Shown here one piece after another: positions 9,518 through 18,056 of a DNA stretch of 64,000 bases. This DNA comes from Fimbriimonadia bacterium (GTDB lineage Bacteria; Armatimonadota; Fimbriimonadia; Fimbriimonadales; JABRVX01). The notes beneath the pieces are model-generated. The model was not told the DNA's origin, made no database searches, and saw nothing but the letters and a program-made list of their open reading frames with translations. The position numbers and the translations under genes are program-made. Where the stretch lies: assembly GCA_041483895.1 (NCBI GenBank), contig JBGPGO010000001.1, positions 96,001-160,000 on the forward strand, written 5' to 3'. Positions within the stretch are counted from its first letter, which is position 1; each line of letters starts with the position of its first letter.

Positions 9518-10704
9518 TGGCGCGATTTTGGGCAACTCGATTGACTTCGATTGCCATCGTAATACTGCTGGCATTCGTCATCGGTCAGTATGTCGATGCG
9601 ACGATGGCATCGGGTCCGGCAAACATTGTTCGGCGCATCATCTATCTTTGCAGCCTCTATGGAATTCTTTCGGTCAGCCTAAATCTGATCAATGGCATCA
9701 CCGGGCAGTTTTCGATCGGACATGCGGCGTTCTATCAAATTGGAGCATATACAGCCGGTTTTTTGTCAAGAGGCGTCTTTACGCATTGGGGGCTGCAAGG
9801 ACCACTGCTGCTGTTGGCCTCGACGGTCACGGGGGCGCTGATGGCGGCGGTAGGAGGCTGGATTGTCGGCATGCCATCGTTGCGGCTGAAGGGCGACTAT
9901 CTTGCCATCGCGACGCTCGGCTTTGGAGAAATCGTACGAATTTTTGCCATCAATCAGGATTGGCTTGGCGGCGCGTATGGCATGTCGGGAATTCCGGCGG
10001 TCACGAAGCTTTCCTATCTCTTAATGCTCGTCGCACTCACAATCGCGATCTGCAGAAACCTGCTGCTCAGCGTGCATGGCAAGGCGTTCCTGTCTATTCG
10101 CGAAGACGAGATGGCGGCAGACGCAATGGGTGTCAACACCGCGCGCTACAAAATTTGGGCCTTTGTTATCGGAGCCGGGATGGCGGGCGCGGCGGGCGCC
10201 ATGTACGCCCATTTTGAGACCTACATCGGTCCGACCTCCTTCTTCATGGACGTATCGTTTATCGTGCTTGCCATGGTGGTCGTCGGCGGAACGGGAAGCA
10301 TTACGGGGTCGCTGGTTTCAGCGGTGCTATTGATCGTATTGCAAGAAAAACTGCGCGACCTTGGCAGCATTACGGCGGGTCCGCTCTATCTGGTAGCGCT
10401 ACTCTTATTCATTGGCGCTTATGTGGCCGCAGGACTTTGCCGGAGATTTCGTCCGAAGCCGCTGGGCGCTACCGGTATTTGGGGCGGCACGATATTATTT
10501 GCGTTGGTTGCCGGCAATCTTATCGGTCAGCGTTTGGAGGTGATTTCTACTTTCTCGCAGACGTTCGAGGCCTATCAGCTGCGGATGGTCATCTTCTCAA
10601 TCACTTTGATCGTAATAATGATCGTGCGACCGCAAGGAATGTTCGGTCACCATGAGTTCTCGTGGCAGCTATTCGCCAGAAAGAGGCGACCCGCGTTGCC
10701 ATGA
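9517..10704 (+). CDS. livM: Branched-chain amino acid ABC permease
   Basis: 'GQFSIGHAAF', 'LRLKGDYLAIATLGFGEI', 'IREDEMAA'. Confidence 0.95.
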   Translation: MARFWATRLTSIAIVILLAFVIGQYVDATMASGPANIVRRIIYLCSLYGILSVSLNLINGITGQFSIGHAAFYQIGAYTAGFLSRGVFTHWGLQGPLLLLASTVTGALMAAVGGWIVGMPSLRLKGDYLAIATLGFGEIVRIFAINQDWLGGAYGMSGIPAVTKLSYLLMLVALTIAICRNLLLSVHGKAFLSIREDEMAADAMGVNTARYKIWAFVIGAGMAGAAGAMYAHFETYIGPTSFFMDVSFIVLAMVVVGGTGSITGSLVSAVLLIVLQEKLRDLGSITAGPLYLVALLLFIGAYVAAGLCRRFRPKPLGATGIWGGTILFALVAGNLIGQRLEVISTFSQTFEAYQLRMVIFSITLIVIMIVRPQGMFGHHEFSWQLFARKRRPALP

Positions 10705-11468
10705 GCGACCTGCTGCAACTGACCGACACCACGATCCGGTTCGGCGGCCTGACGGCGGTGGACCGGCTGAACTTCACCATTCCGTCCGGCACTCTGTTCG
10801 GCCTGATCGGACCCAACGGCGCGGGAAAGACCACGGCGTTCAACATGATTACGGGGGTGTATCAGCCGACGTCGGGGGATATCGAATTCAAGGGACGATC
10901 CGTCTTGGGACGCAAGCCGTTTCAGATTGCCGGGCTCGGTATCGCCCGTACGTTCCAGAACATCCGGCTCTTCGGGGCCCTGTCCGCCCTCGAAAACGTC
11001 ATCGTCGGCGGGTTCCTCCGTCACAAAACAACGCTGGCTTCGGCCCTGCTATACTTGCCATCCGCGAAGCGGGAACTCGCGACATTCGTCAAAACGGCGA
11101 TGGACATTCTCGACACCATGAACCTTGCGGACCAGGCGCATACGCGCGCGCAGGACCTTCCCTATGGCAGGCAGCGCCGCCTGGAAATCGCCCGCGCCCT
11201 CGCAACCAACCCGGAACTGCTGCTGCTCGACGAACCCGCCGCCGGCATGAACCCGGCGGAAACCGAGGACCTGATGGCGCTCATCCGTAGGCTCCGGGAC
11301 GAATTCCATCAGACAATTTTGCTGATCGAGCACGATATGAGGGTTGTTATGGGGATTTGCGAATCGATTGTGGTATTAGACCATGGGGCCAAAATTGCCG
11401 AGGGACCGCCGGAACAGATCCGCAATGACCCGAGGGTGATAGAGGCATACCTCGGTGAATCCCATTGA
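10701..11468 (+). CDS. livG: Branched-chain amino acid ABC ATPase
   Basis: Walker A 'GPNGAGKT', '[10 protein letters not shown]', '[10 protein letters not shown]', 'VIEAYLG'; ATGA overlap with livM. Confidence 0.95.
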   Translation: MSDLLQLTDTTIRFGGLTAVDRLNFTIPSGTLFGLIGPNGAGKTTAFNMITGVYQPTSGDIEFKGRSVLGRKPFQIAGLGIARTFQNIRLFGALSALENVIVGGFLRHKTTLASALLYLPSAKRELATFVKTAMDILDTMNLADQAHTRAQDLPYGRQRRLEIARALATNPELLLLDEPAAGMNPAETEDLMALIRRLRDEFHQTILLIEHDMRVVMGICESIVVLDHGAKIAEGPPEQIRNDPRVIEAYLGESH

Positions 11469-13195
11469 TCTTTTTGCTGGCCTCGCTTTTCTTACAACAG
11501 TCTGATCTTCGCGTGCCGTTGGAATCACATGCCGCCCTCGCCATCGGCAAGGTCGAGGTTCCAACGGACATCAAGCGCTACCAAACCGTTGACTTCGCGG
11601 TTGAATTCAAAGCCACCTATTCCAACGCTTTTCATCAAGCCCAGGCCGATCTCGTCGGCACCTTCAGCGGACCGAAGGAAACAAAGATCCCCATTCACGG
11701 CTTTTTCTATCAGGGCTACTCGCGGAAGGTGGTCGGGGGCAAAGAGGCGCTGGAAAAAACCGGCGAACCGGGCTGGATCGTGCGTTTTTCCGCGCCCCAT
11801 GCCGGTAAATGGTCGGTCCGTTTTGTCGGCCTGGACCGCATGAACAAAGTCGAGAGCCAAAGTTACAAGTTCGAAGTTGCGGATTCCAAAGACAAGGGCT
11901 ATGTCGGCCCGGCGAAAGACCGCAACTATTTTCGCTATGACGATGGTACGCCATATTTCGGCGTCGGGCTGAATTTGGCGTGGGATGGGGACAAGGGACT
12001 GGATGATTACGAGGAATGGTTTTCGAAATTGGCGGCCAACGGCGGCAACCTTGCGCGCAGCTGGTCGTTTCCGGGCGGATTTGGGCTGGAATGGAGCGAC
12101 CGGGAAGACGGCACGTGGCGGCGCGGCGCGTATTCGGGTCTCGGAAAATACAGCCTGGACAACGCCTGGCTGCTGGATCAGGTGTTCCGATTGGCGGAGA
12201 AGTACGGAATCAAGATCATCCTATGCCTGGGTACCTACGGCGAATTGAAAACCGACAAAGGGATGTGGAACGAAGGCGTCTGGGCGTCCAACCCATATAA
12301 CGCCGCTCTGGGCGGACCCTGCGCCTCGCCAAACGAAATCTTCACCGACGCCAAGGCTCGCGCCTTCTATCGCCGCCGTCTGAACTATCTTGCGGCCCGA
12401 TATGCCGCAAGCCCGGCGCTGCTATCGTGGGAGCTCTGGAACGAAGTCGACGCGCCGGACTATTGGGTGCATGAAATGGCCCAAGAATTAGCCGTCGCCG
12501 ATCCCTACGGGCATTTCGTCACGACAAGCTACGGCACGGAAGCGATTTGGAGAGACGATTACGTCAACATGGCCACCGCGCACATCTACGGCGACGGCAA
12601 AACGGCGGACCTCGCCGAGCGGATCGCCAAGATGACGTCCGATCCCAAGAAGCCGAAGATGGTGACGGAGTGCGGGATTGATTTCGCGAAACCGGACGGC
12701 GAGCACGATCCAACGCGCATGGGGATCTCCCTCAAGACCGGGCTGTGGCAGGCGGCCGCAACCAGCTGCGCCGCCGGTGCAATGAACTGGTGGTGGGACA
12801 GCTACGTCGCCAAATACGATCTGTGGAAGCTGTACAAGCCGTTCGCCGATGCGGTTGCCCGAGTTGACTGGCTGAAATCCCCCATGAAGACCGCCGAGAT
12901 CACCGAGATGCAGGGAAACGTGGCCGCCTCCGGAGTGATCGGCGACCATGCCGGACTCTTTTGGCTTCGGCAACAGGGCTACAACTGGAAGGACTGGAAA
13001 GGGACGGAGCCTCCGACGCTGCCAATGGCCCTCGAAATCCATGAGGTCAAAGACGGAAAGTGGTCGGTGACCTGGTGGGATACGGCGAAGGGGAAGGAAA
13101 TCAGCCAGGAAGAGGTTTCCTCCAACCGCGGGACGCTGTTTCTCAAGGTCCCGTCGTTCTCCTCGGATATCGCCCTGCTTCTCTCCCGTAAATAG
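11465..13195 (+). CDS. Putative exported glycoside hydrolase (DUF5060-like N-domain plus clan-A TIM barrel)
   Basis: 'WELWNE' acid/base motif, 'MVTECG' nucleophile-like motif, 'MNWWWD'; TTG start overlaps livG stop. Confidence 0.75.
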   Translation: MIFLLASLFLQQSDLRVPLESHAALAIGKVEVPTDIKRYQTVDFAVEFKATYSNAFHQAQADLVGTFSGPKETKIPIHGFFYQGYSRKVVGGKEALEKTGEPGWIVRFSAPHAGKWSVRFVGLDRMNKVESQSYKFEVADSKDKGYVGPAKDRNYFRYDDGTPYFGVGLNLAWDGDKGLDDYEEWFSKLAANGGNLARSWSFPGGFGLEWSDREDGTWRRGAYSGLGKYSLDNAWLLDQVFRLAEKYGIKIILCLGTYGELKTDKGMWNEGVWASNPYNAALGGPCASPNEIFTDAKARAFYRRRLNYLAARYAASPALLSWELWNEVDAPDYWVHEMAQELAVADPYGHFVTTSYGTEAIWRDDYVNMATAHIYGDGKTADLAERIAKMTSDPKKPKMVTECGIDFAKPDGEHDPTRMGISLKTGLWQAAATSCAAGAMNWWWDSYVAKYDLWKLYKPFADAVARVDWLKSPMKTAEITEMQGNVAASGVIGDHAGLFWLRQQGYNWKDWKGTEPPTLPMALEIHEVKDGKWSVTWWDTAKGKEISQEEVSSNRGTLFLKVPSFSSDIALLLSRK

Positions 13196-13261
13196 CCGAA
13201 TTGCGAAAAAAGGCGCAATGTTGCAAGATGGCGGCGAACCTGAGATAATAGTGCTATTAGC

Positions 13262-13441
13262 ATGAAAGACGATAAGTCGAGGCTGGCGATCTATGCGGTG
13301 GGTGTCGTTGTGGCGCTCTTTGCGCTTTGGTATTCGCTGTCCCATTTTAGTGGAAGCACGGAGTCGCCTGGATATAAGGTGCCGACTCCGGACAACGTCA
13401 ACCAAAACCGTCCGCCCGGTCTCGCTGGAGGTTCATCATGA
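13262..13441 (+). CDS. Small (59 aa) single-pass membrane protein absent from the ORF track
   Basis: Manual translation MKDDKSRLAIYAVGVVVALFALWYSLSHFSGSTESPGYKVPTPDNVNQNRPPGLAGGSS*; ATGA overlap with the next gene. Confidence 0.7.
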   Translation: MKDDKSRLAIYAVGVVVALFALWYSLSHFSGSTESPGYKVPTPDNVNQNRPPGLAGGSS

Positions 13442-14181
13442 AGCGAAGCGCGTTTACGCTGATCGAGCTGCTTGTTGTTATTGCGATCATTGCCATCCTC
13501 GCCGCCATTCTCTTCCCCGTGTTTGCTCGCGCCAGGCAGAGCGCATACCGCATCGCATGCGTGAGCAATATGAACCAGATCGGCAAGGCGATCATGATGT
13601 ATGTCCAGGACTACAACTACACCTACCCCTACGGCCGGTGGAAGGTAGACGAACCGATCCCGGACAGTACGAAGGTATGGCCGTACTGGGTCGATCGGTA
13701 TATCAAGGACAAAGAGGTCCACCTTTGTCCTGCGAAGAGCCGTCCCACAAAATACGGCGATACGTGGGGTACAAGAGGAATGCTCTCTATTGGTTACAAC
13801 ATCGGTTTTGCGGCTTGGTATTACTTACCGTCGACTCCCATTATCACAAAAGAAAAATCCCTCAAGCGACTAACGAATGTGGTTGTCCTCTGCGATAGCT
13901 ATCCGGGGCCAACTATCGAGAACTTCGTTGGATATGAGGTGGACAACCTTGCCGTGAATTTGCCAAAAGATGGCGGTGGTAACAGGGTCTTCGCGATGAG
14001 CGATCGGCACAATCAAAATGTCAATATTTATCACTGCGATGGGCACGTCAAGGGCTATCGAATAGAACGCGTAATGCCCAGAGCCGGCGCAAGGGCGCCG
14101 CAAGGCTGCGTCGGTGAGGCGTATCGCGACATGAACGATGCCGAGCTGAAGTGGCTCGTTTGGGATCATTGCTTCGACTAA
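13438..14181 (+). CDS. Prepilin-type N-terminal cleavage/methylation protein (DUF1559-like) with H-X9-DG motif
   Basis: 'AFTLIELLVVIAIIAILAAILFPVFARAR', 'CVSNMNQIG', 'HNQNVNIYHCDGH'. Confidence 0.93.
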   Translation: MKRSAFTLIELLVVIAIIAILAAILFPVFARARQSAYRIACVSNMNQIGKAIMMYVQDYNYTYPYGRWKVDEPIPDSTKVWPYWVDRYIKDKEVHLCPAKSRPTKYGDTWGTRGMLSIGYNIGFAAWYYLPSTPIITKEKSLKRLTNVVVLCDSYPGPTIENFVGYEVDNLAVNLPKDGGGNRVFAMSDRHNQNVNIYHCDGHVKGYRIERVMPRAGARAPQGCVGEAYRDMNDAELKWLVWDHCFD

Positions 14182-14226
14182 TCCCGGTGTCGTTCAGAAT
14201 TCGTGAATCTTCGGATTGATCGGGGA

Positions 14227-17200
14227 CTAGGCCGCCGTAGACCGGATCAGGCCTTCCACGACTTCCAGATTGTACATCGCCTGCGTATAGCCAGGCCGCA
14301 GGTCCAACGCCTGGCACAGCGCCACTTTCGCGCCGTCGTAGACCCCAAGCTGATAGAGGGCATTTCCCAGCACGAACCAGCCGTCCGCGTTATCCGGATC
14401 CAATCGCAGGCCGGTCTGATAGGCCTCCGCCGCCTCGTCGTATGCGCCGATCTTGTACAGCGTGTCTCCCGCATTAAAGAGCGCATTGGCATTGCTTGGG
14501 TCGGTCTCGATGGCGCCCTGGAAATGATCGAGCGCCTTGTCCCACTCCTGAAGCGTGGCGCACGCCCGGCCCCAGTTAACGTACATGTCGGCCGTCAGAT
14601 TGCCATTCTCGGCCCGCGCGGCGTAGGCGGAATTGACCTCCGGCCAATCCTGCGCGCGCTCGGCGAAGTAGAGCCATCGGCTCCATAGCTGCTCGTCCTC
14701 CGTGTGCCGGCGACTGAGCTTGCCGGATACCTGCGCCGCCTTCAGCATATTTCCCTGGCGCAGATGAATCTCTGAAGCGAGCATAAGCGCGCTGTCGCCA
14801 AGCTGCCCGTCCGTGAAGGCGTGCTGCAGGCAGCGCAGCGAATCTTCCGATCGGTCCATTTTTGCGTAGGTCAGGCCGAGGAAGTATTGCGCGGGCACAT
14901 AGTGCGGCGCTTCGGCCACGCATGCCTCCAGCGCGCGCAGCGCCTCTGGGATATTGTCCATCTGGAAGTGGCATTGGCCCTCGATGAGCGTCAGCTTGTA
15001 GGTCGTGATCGTGAAGTCACCCGTCACATCGTCCGACCACTCCATCGACCGGGCTTTGGAGACGGCCTGGAGCGATTCGACGTAGCGCTTCAACCCGTAC
15101 AATGCGGCCGCGCGGCTGAATTCGATGGCGGGCCCGCGCACATCCCTCGCGTCGGCCTGCTCAACAACCTTGATCGCCTCTTCCGGCCGGCGGAGCTGAA
15201 CCAGGCCCGATGACCAGAGGTGATAGGCCGTGGCGCAAAAGTCCTGCTTCGGGTTGATGTTTTCCGCGCACTGGCTGAAGGCCTCGACCGCCTCTTCCAT
15301 CCGCCCCGCGACGTAGAGCGTATTGCCGAGGTTGAACTGGTGGAAGCTGTTATCCGGATCGTCCTCAAGCTCCTTGTGGATAAGCTCCAGGGTGCGATTG
15401 AGCTTGCCGCGATCCGCCATCATCTGCTGGCCGTAGCCGAAATGGAGAATGCGCGCGCCGCCCAAATTGGCGCACAGCAGACCGGCATCGCCAATCGACG
15501 CCAGGACCTGCTCGTGGATCTTGCCGGTGAATTCGACCGTGGGCAGCCGGCGGAATAGGCGGCAGGGCCGATGGGTGAACACATCTTTGCTCACGCCGTC
15601 GCTGATGAAGTTGATGATCTGCATCAGATAGCCGCCGAATTGGGGCCGAATCATGCCCTCCAAAATGACCCGTCCCGCGTTTTCCTCCAACGCCTCGTCC
15701 GCGTCGAGCCAAAGGATCCAGTCACCTGTGCAGTACTTCAGCGCCTCATTGCGGGCTTCGGAGAAGTCGTTGGTCCAGGCAAAGTGGAACACGTCCGCCC
15801 CATGCTCCTTCGCAATCTCCACCGTACAGTCTTTGCTGCCGGTGTCCACGACCACAATCTCGTCTACCACGCCCTTAACGCTGTCCAAGCACTTGGCGAG
15901 GTGCTTCTCCTCGTCTTTGACGATCATGCACAGCGTCAGCTTGGTCCCCAGCGGTTCGGCGCATACCGGGTCCCAGCCGCCGGCCACCAAATGCTCTTTC
16001 ATCCGTTCAGCGCGCTTTTCGGCTTCCTGGCGCTGCTTTTTCGGGAACTTCTTCGGAGAGCGGGCGATGGCGGTGTAGTGGCCGTACAATGCGATAGCGG
16101 CGGCGCGGAGCCGGAAGTCGTCTTCCCCCGTCTCTATGGCCCGGAGAGCCCACTCGTAGCCGGTGGATTCCTCCTGCTTGTGCGCGAAGGTCCATGCGCC
16201 TTGGGCAAGAATGGGCAGCGATTTGGGATGTTTCGCTTCCGCCTCTTTGATGATTTCAACGCCGCGGTCCCAGTTGCCGTCGTTGATGTAGGCGCGGGCC
16301 CGGGTGGCGAGGATTGAGGGGTCTTCTGGGGCGGTTTCCATCGCCCGCTCGACCAGTTCTTTATCCCGGCCGAACCGATTGCGAAGCTCCAGGTCGAGCG
16401 ACAGCGCCGAAACCAGCCCGCCAAAGCTCCAGCTCGCCGCCTCTTTTTCTGGCAGGTTGAGCAGCCGCGCCTCGACAATCGGGAAGGCATGATCCCAGGT
16501 GTGTCCGGCAAGCACATGTTGCCGAGCCTTCTGACCAACCTTCGCCGCCTCCGTGCGATGCTGGAAGACGTATCGCATTTGGGATCGGAGCTGCTCCAGG
16601 CTCGGCTCTGCCCAATACGGCGCTTTCACCAGGTCCAAAGATTTGAGTGATTCCGCAGGTGTGAGGGTCCTTTCCGCGTCAATCAGATACGCGACGTCGC
16701 CATTGACAAAATCGAGCGCGGAGCCGTAGTTAGTCACGATGACCGGCAGACCGCAGGACATTGCCTCTACGATTGGCAGCCCGTATCCTTCCCCGCGGAA
16801 GGGATGTACGAGCGCGTCGCAGGATCGGTACAGGGCCGGCATTTGGTCCGGAGCCAGGTTGTCGGTCATGTAGACAACTTCCGGCGCGGACCGGCTCTCG
16901 GCGGCATCGCGATAGCATTGCCCAATTCCCTGGCCTTGATAGAATGTCTGGCTTCCGAAGTCCTTGACGACCAGGCAGACATCCTCATCGCGGCTGAACT
17001 CTTCCAGGTAGGCTTGGAGCAGCAGGTCCGCGCCTTTGCGAAGAATGGTCCCGCCGACGAACAGGAACTTGAAGCCCTTCTGAGTCGTTAGCTCGAGCGC
17101 ATCCCCGACCGGCGTCATGAGGGAGGCGTCGACCCCGTGCGGCACCACATGGACTTTGTCCGGATTGCAGCCGCTGTCGATGAAGCAGTCTCGGACATAC

Positions 17201-17565
17201 CGGCTCGGCACCCATTGCTCGGTCAAGACGTGGTTGACATTCTCAACCCAGTCTTTCGGAATGGCGCCATATTCCCAGGGTTGGATTGCGATCAGATGGC
17301 CGGCGGGCGGCAGGCGAAAATCGGGTGGGTACTGAAACCGGACGGAACATTCGAGCGGGAAGGGAGTGCGATAGGTGCGGCTTCGGAGCTCCGGCTCTTC
17401 TACTATGTCCTTGCCGTGATGAAAGACGCTGACATCCCAGTCGGGATTGCGGCGAAGCAATCCGAGGACGTAGGCACGGTTGCAATGGGCGAGTGAGTGG
17501 GTGTCAAAGAAGCTGCCTTCCCAGATGGTATTTGGGAGTCTATCCCTGCGCCGCGGTCTTCCCAT
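14227..17565 (-). CDS. Multidomain glycosyltransferase: GT4 + TPR + GT2 + TPR repeats
   Basis: GT4 'RGEGYGLPIVEAMSCG'; GT2 'CMIVKDEE...VVDTGS...WLDADE'; many TPR repeats; start at ATG 17565. Confidence 0.9.
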   Translation of the reverse strand: MGRPRRRDRLPNTIWEGSFFDTHSLAHCNRAYVLGLLRRNPDWDVSVFHHGKDIVEEPELRSRTYRTPFPLECSVRFQYPPDFRLPPAGHLIAIQPWEYGAIPKDWVENVNHVLTEQWVPSRYVRDCFIDSGCNPDKVHVVPHGVDASLMTPVGDALELTTQKGFKFLFVGGTILRKGADLLLQAYLEEFSRDEDVCLVVKDFGSQTFYQGQGIGQCYRDAAESRSAPEVVYMTDNLAPDQMPALYRSCDALVHPFRGEGYGLPIVEAMSCGLPVIVTNYGSALDFVNGDVAYLIDAERTLTPAESLKSLDLVKAPYWAEPSLEQLRSQMRYVFQHRTEAAKVGQKARQHVLAGHTWDHAFPIVEARLLNLPEKEAASWSFGGLVSALSLDLELRNRFGRDKELVERAMETAPEDPSILATRARAYINDGNWDRGVEIIKEAEAKHPKSLPILAQGAWTFAHKQEESTGYEWALRAIETGEDDFRLRAAAIALYGHYTAIARSPKKFPKKQRQEAEKRAERMKEHLVAGGWDPVCAEPLGTKLTLCMIVKDEEKHLAKCLDSVKGVVDEIVVVDTGSKDCTVEIAKEHGADVFHFAWTNDFSEARNEALKYCTGDWILWLDADEALEENAGRVILEGMIRPQFGGYLMQIINFISDGVSKDVFTHRPCRLFRRLPTVEFTGKIHEQVLASIGDAGLLCANLGGARILHFGYGQQMMADRGKLNRTLELIHKELEDDPDNSFHQFNLGNTLYVAGRMEEAVEAFSQCAENINPKQDFCATAYHLWSSGLVQLRRPEEAIKVVEQADARDVRGPAIEFSRAAALYGLKRYVESLQAVSKARSMEWSDDVTGDFTITTYKLTLIEGQCHFQMDNIPEALRALEACVAEAPHYVPAQYFLGLTYAKMDRSEDSLRCLQHAFTDGQLGDSALMLASEIHLRQGNMLKAAQVSGKLSRRHTEDEQLWSRWLYFAERAQDWPEVNSAYAARAENGNLTADMYVNWGRACATLQEWDKALDHFQGAIETDPSNANALFNAGDTLYKIGAYDEAAEAYQTGLRLDPDNADGWFVLGNALYQLGVYDGAKVALCQALDLRPGYTQAMYNLEVVEGLIRSTAA

Positions 17566-17626
17566 GCCGACCTCCAAAAATGATCATGGCCAGGGATCGC
17601 CCTCCGGCCCCCAACTGACTTCCCCA

Positions 17627-17899
17627 CTAGCTGTAGGACTTGTCCGACTCCATCCGCAACAGGACCCGCCGGGCGCCGGCGATGCTGAACATTTCGTCTT
17701 TCAGCAGCCTCTTTATGTGGAACACATTTTGAATGTCCTCAGGTCGGTACCGGCGCTGGCCCCCGGTGGTGCGCACTGGGATCAGGAACTGCTCGAACTC
17801 TTTTTCCCAGTACCGCAACGTATGCACTTCAACCCCGGTAATACGGCTCGCCACACTAATCGGCACCGCCTGTTCGGCGCGCGGTTGCCTTAACTTCAT
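17627..17899 (-). CDS. MerR-family helix-turn-helix regulator (DNA-binding domain only)
   Basis: 'HTLRYWEKEF...RTTGGQRRY...IKRLL...FSIAGA'. Confidence 0.9.
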   Translation of the reverse strand: MKLRQPRAEQAVPISVASRITGVEVHTLRYWEKEFEQFLIPVRTTGGQRRYRPEDIQNVFHIKRLLKDEMFSIAGARRVLLRMESDKSYS

Positions 17900-17961
17900 G
17901 CAAAAATCCTCCGACGGAAAGGGCTTAATCCCCGATCAAGTCAGGAATCTTTCCCTGTCTC

Positions 17962-18036
17962 GTAAGCCGCAGGCCTTCGCCTGCGAAACCGCCGCTTGAC
18001 CTCCTGGCCGGAGCGCAAGCTGAAGCCTGCGGCTAC
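17962..18036. repeat. Inverted pair of GTAG-type REP-like repeats
   Basis: GTAAGCCGCAGGCCTTCGCCTGCG (17962-17985) and CGCAAGCTGAAGCCTGCGGCTAC (18014-18036). Confidence 0.75.
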
Positions 18037-18056
18037 CGGTGTTCAACTTAGCTCGA

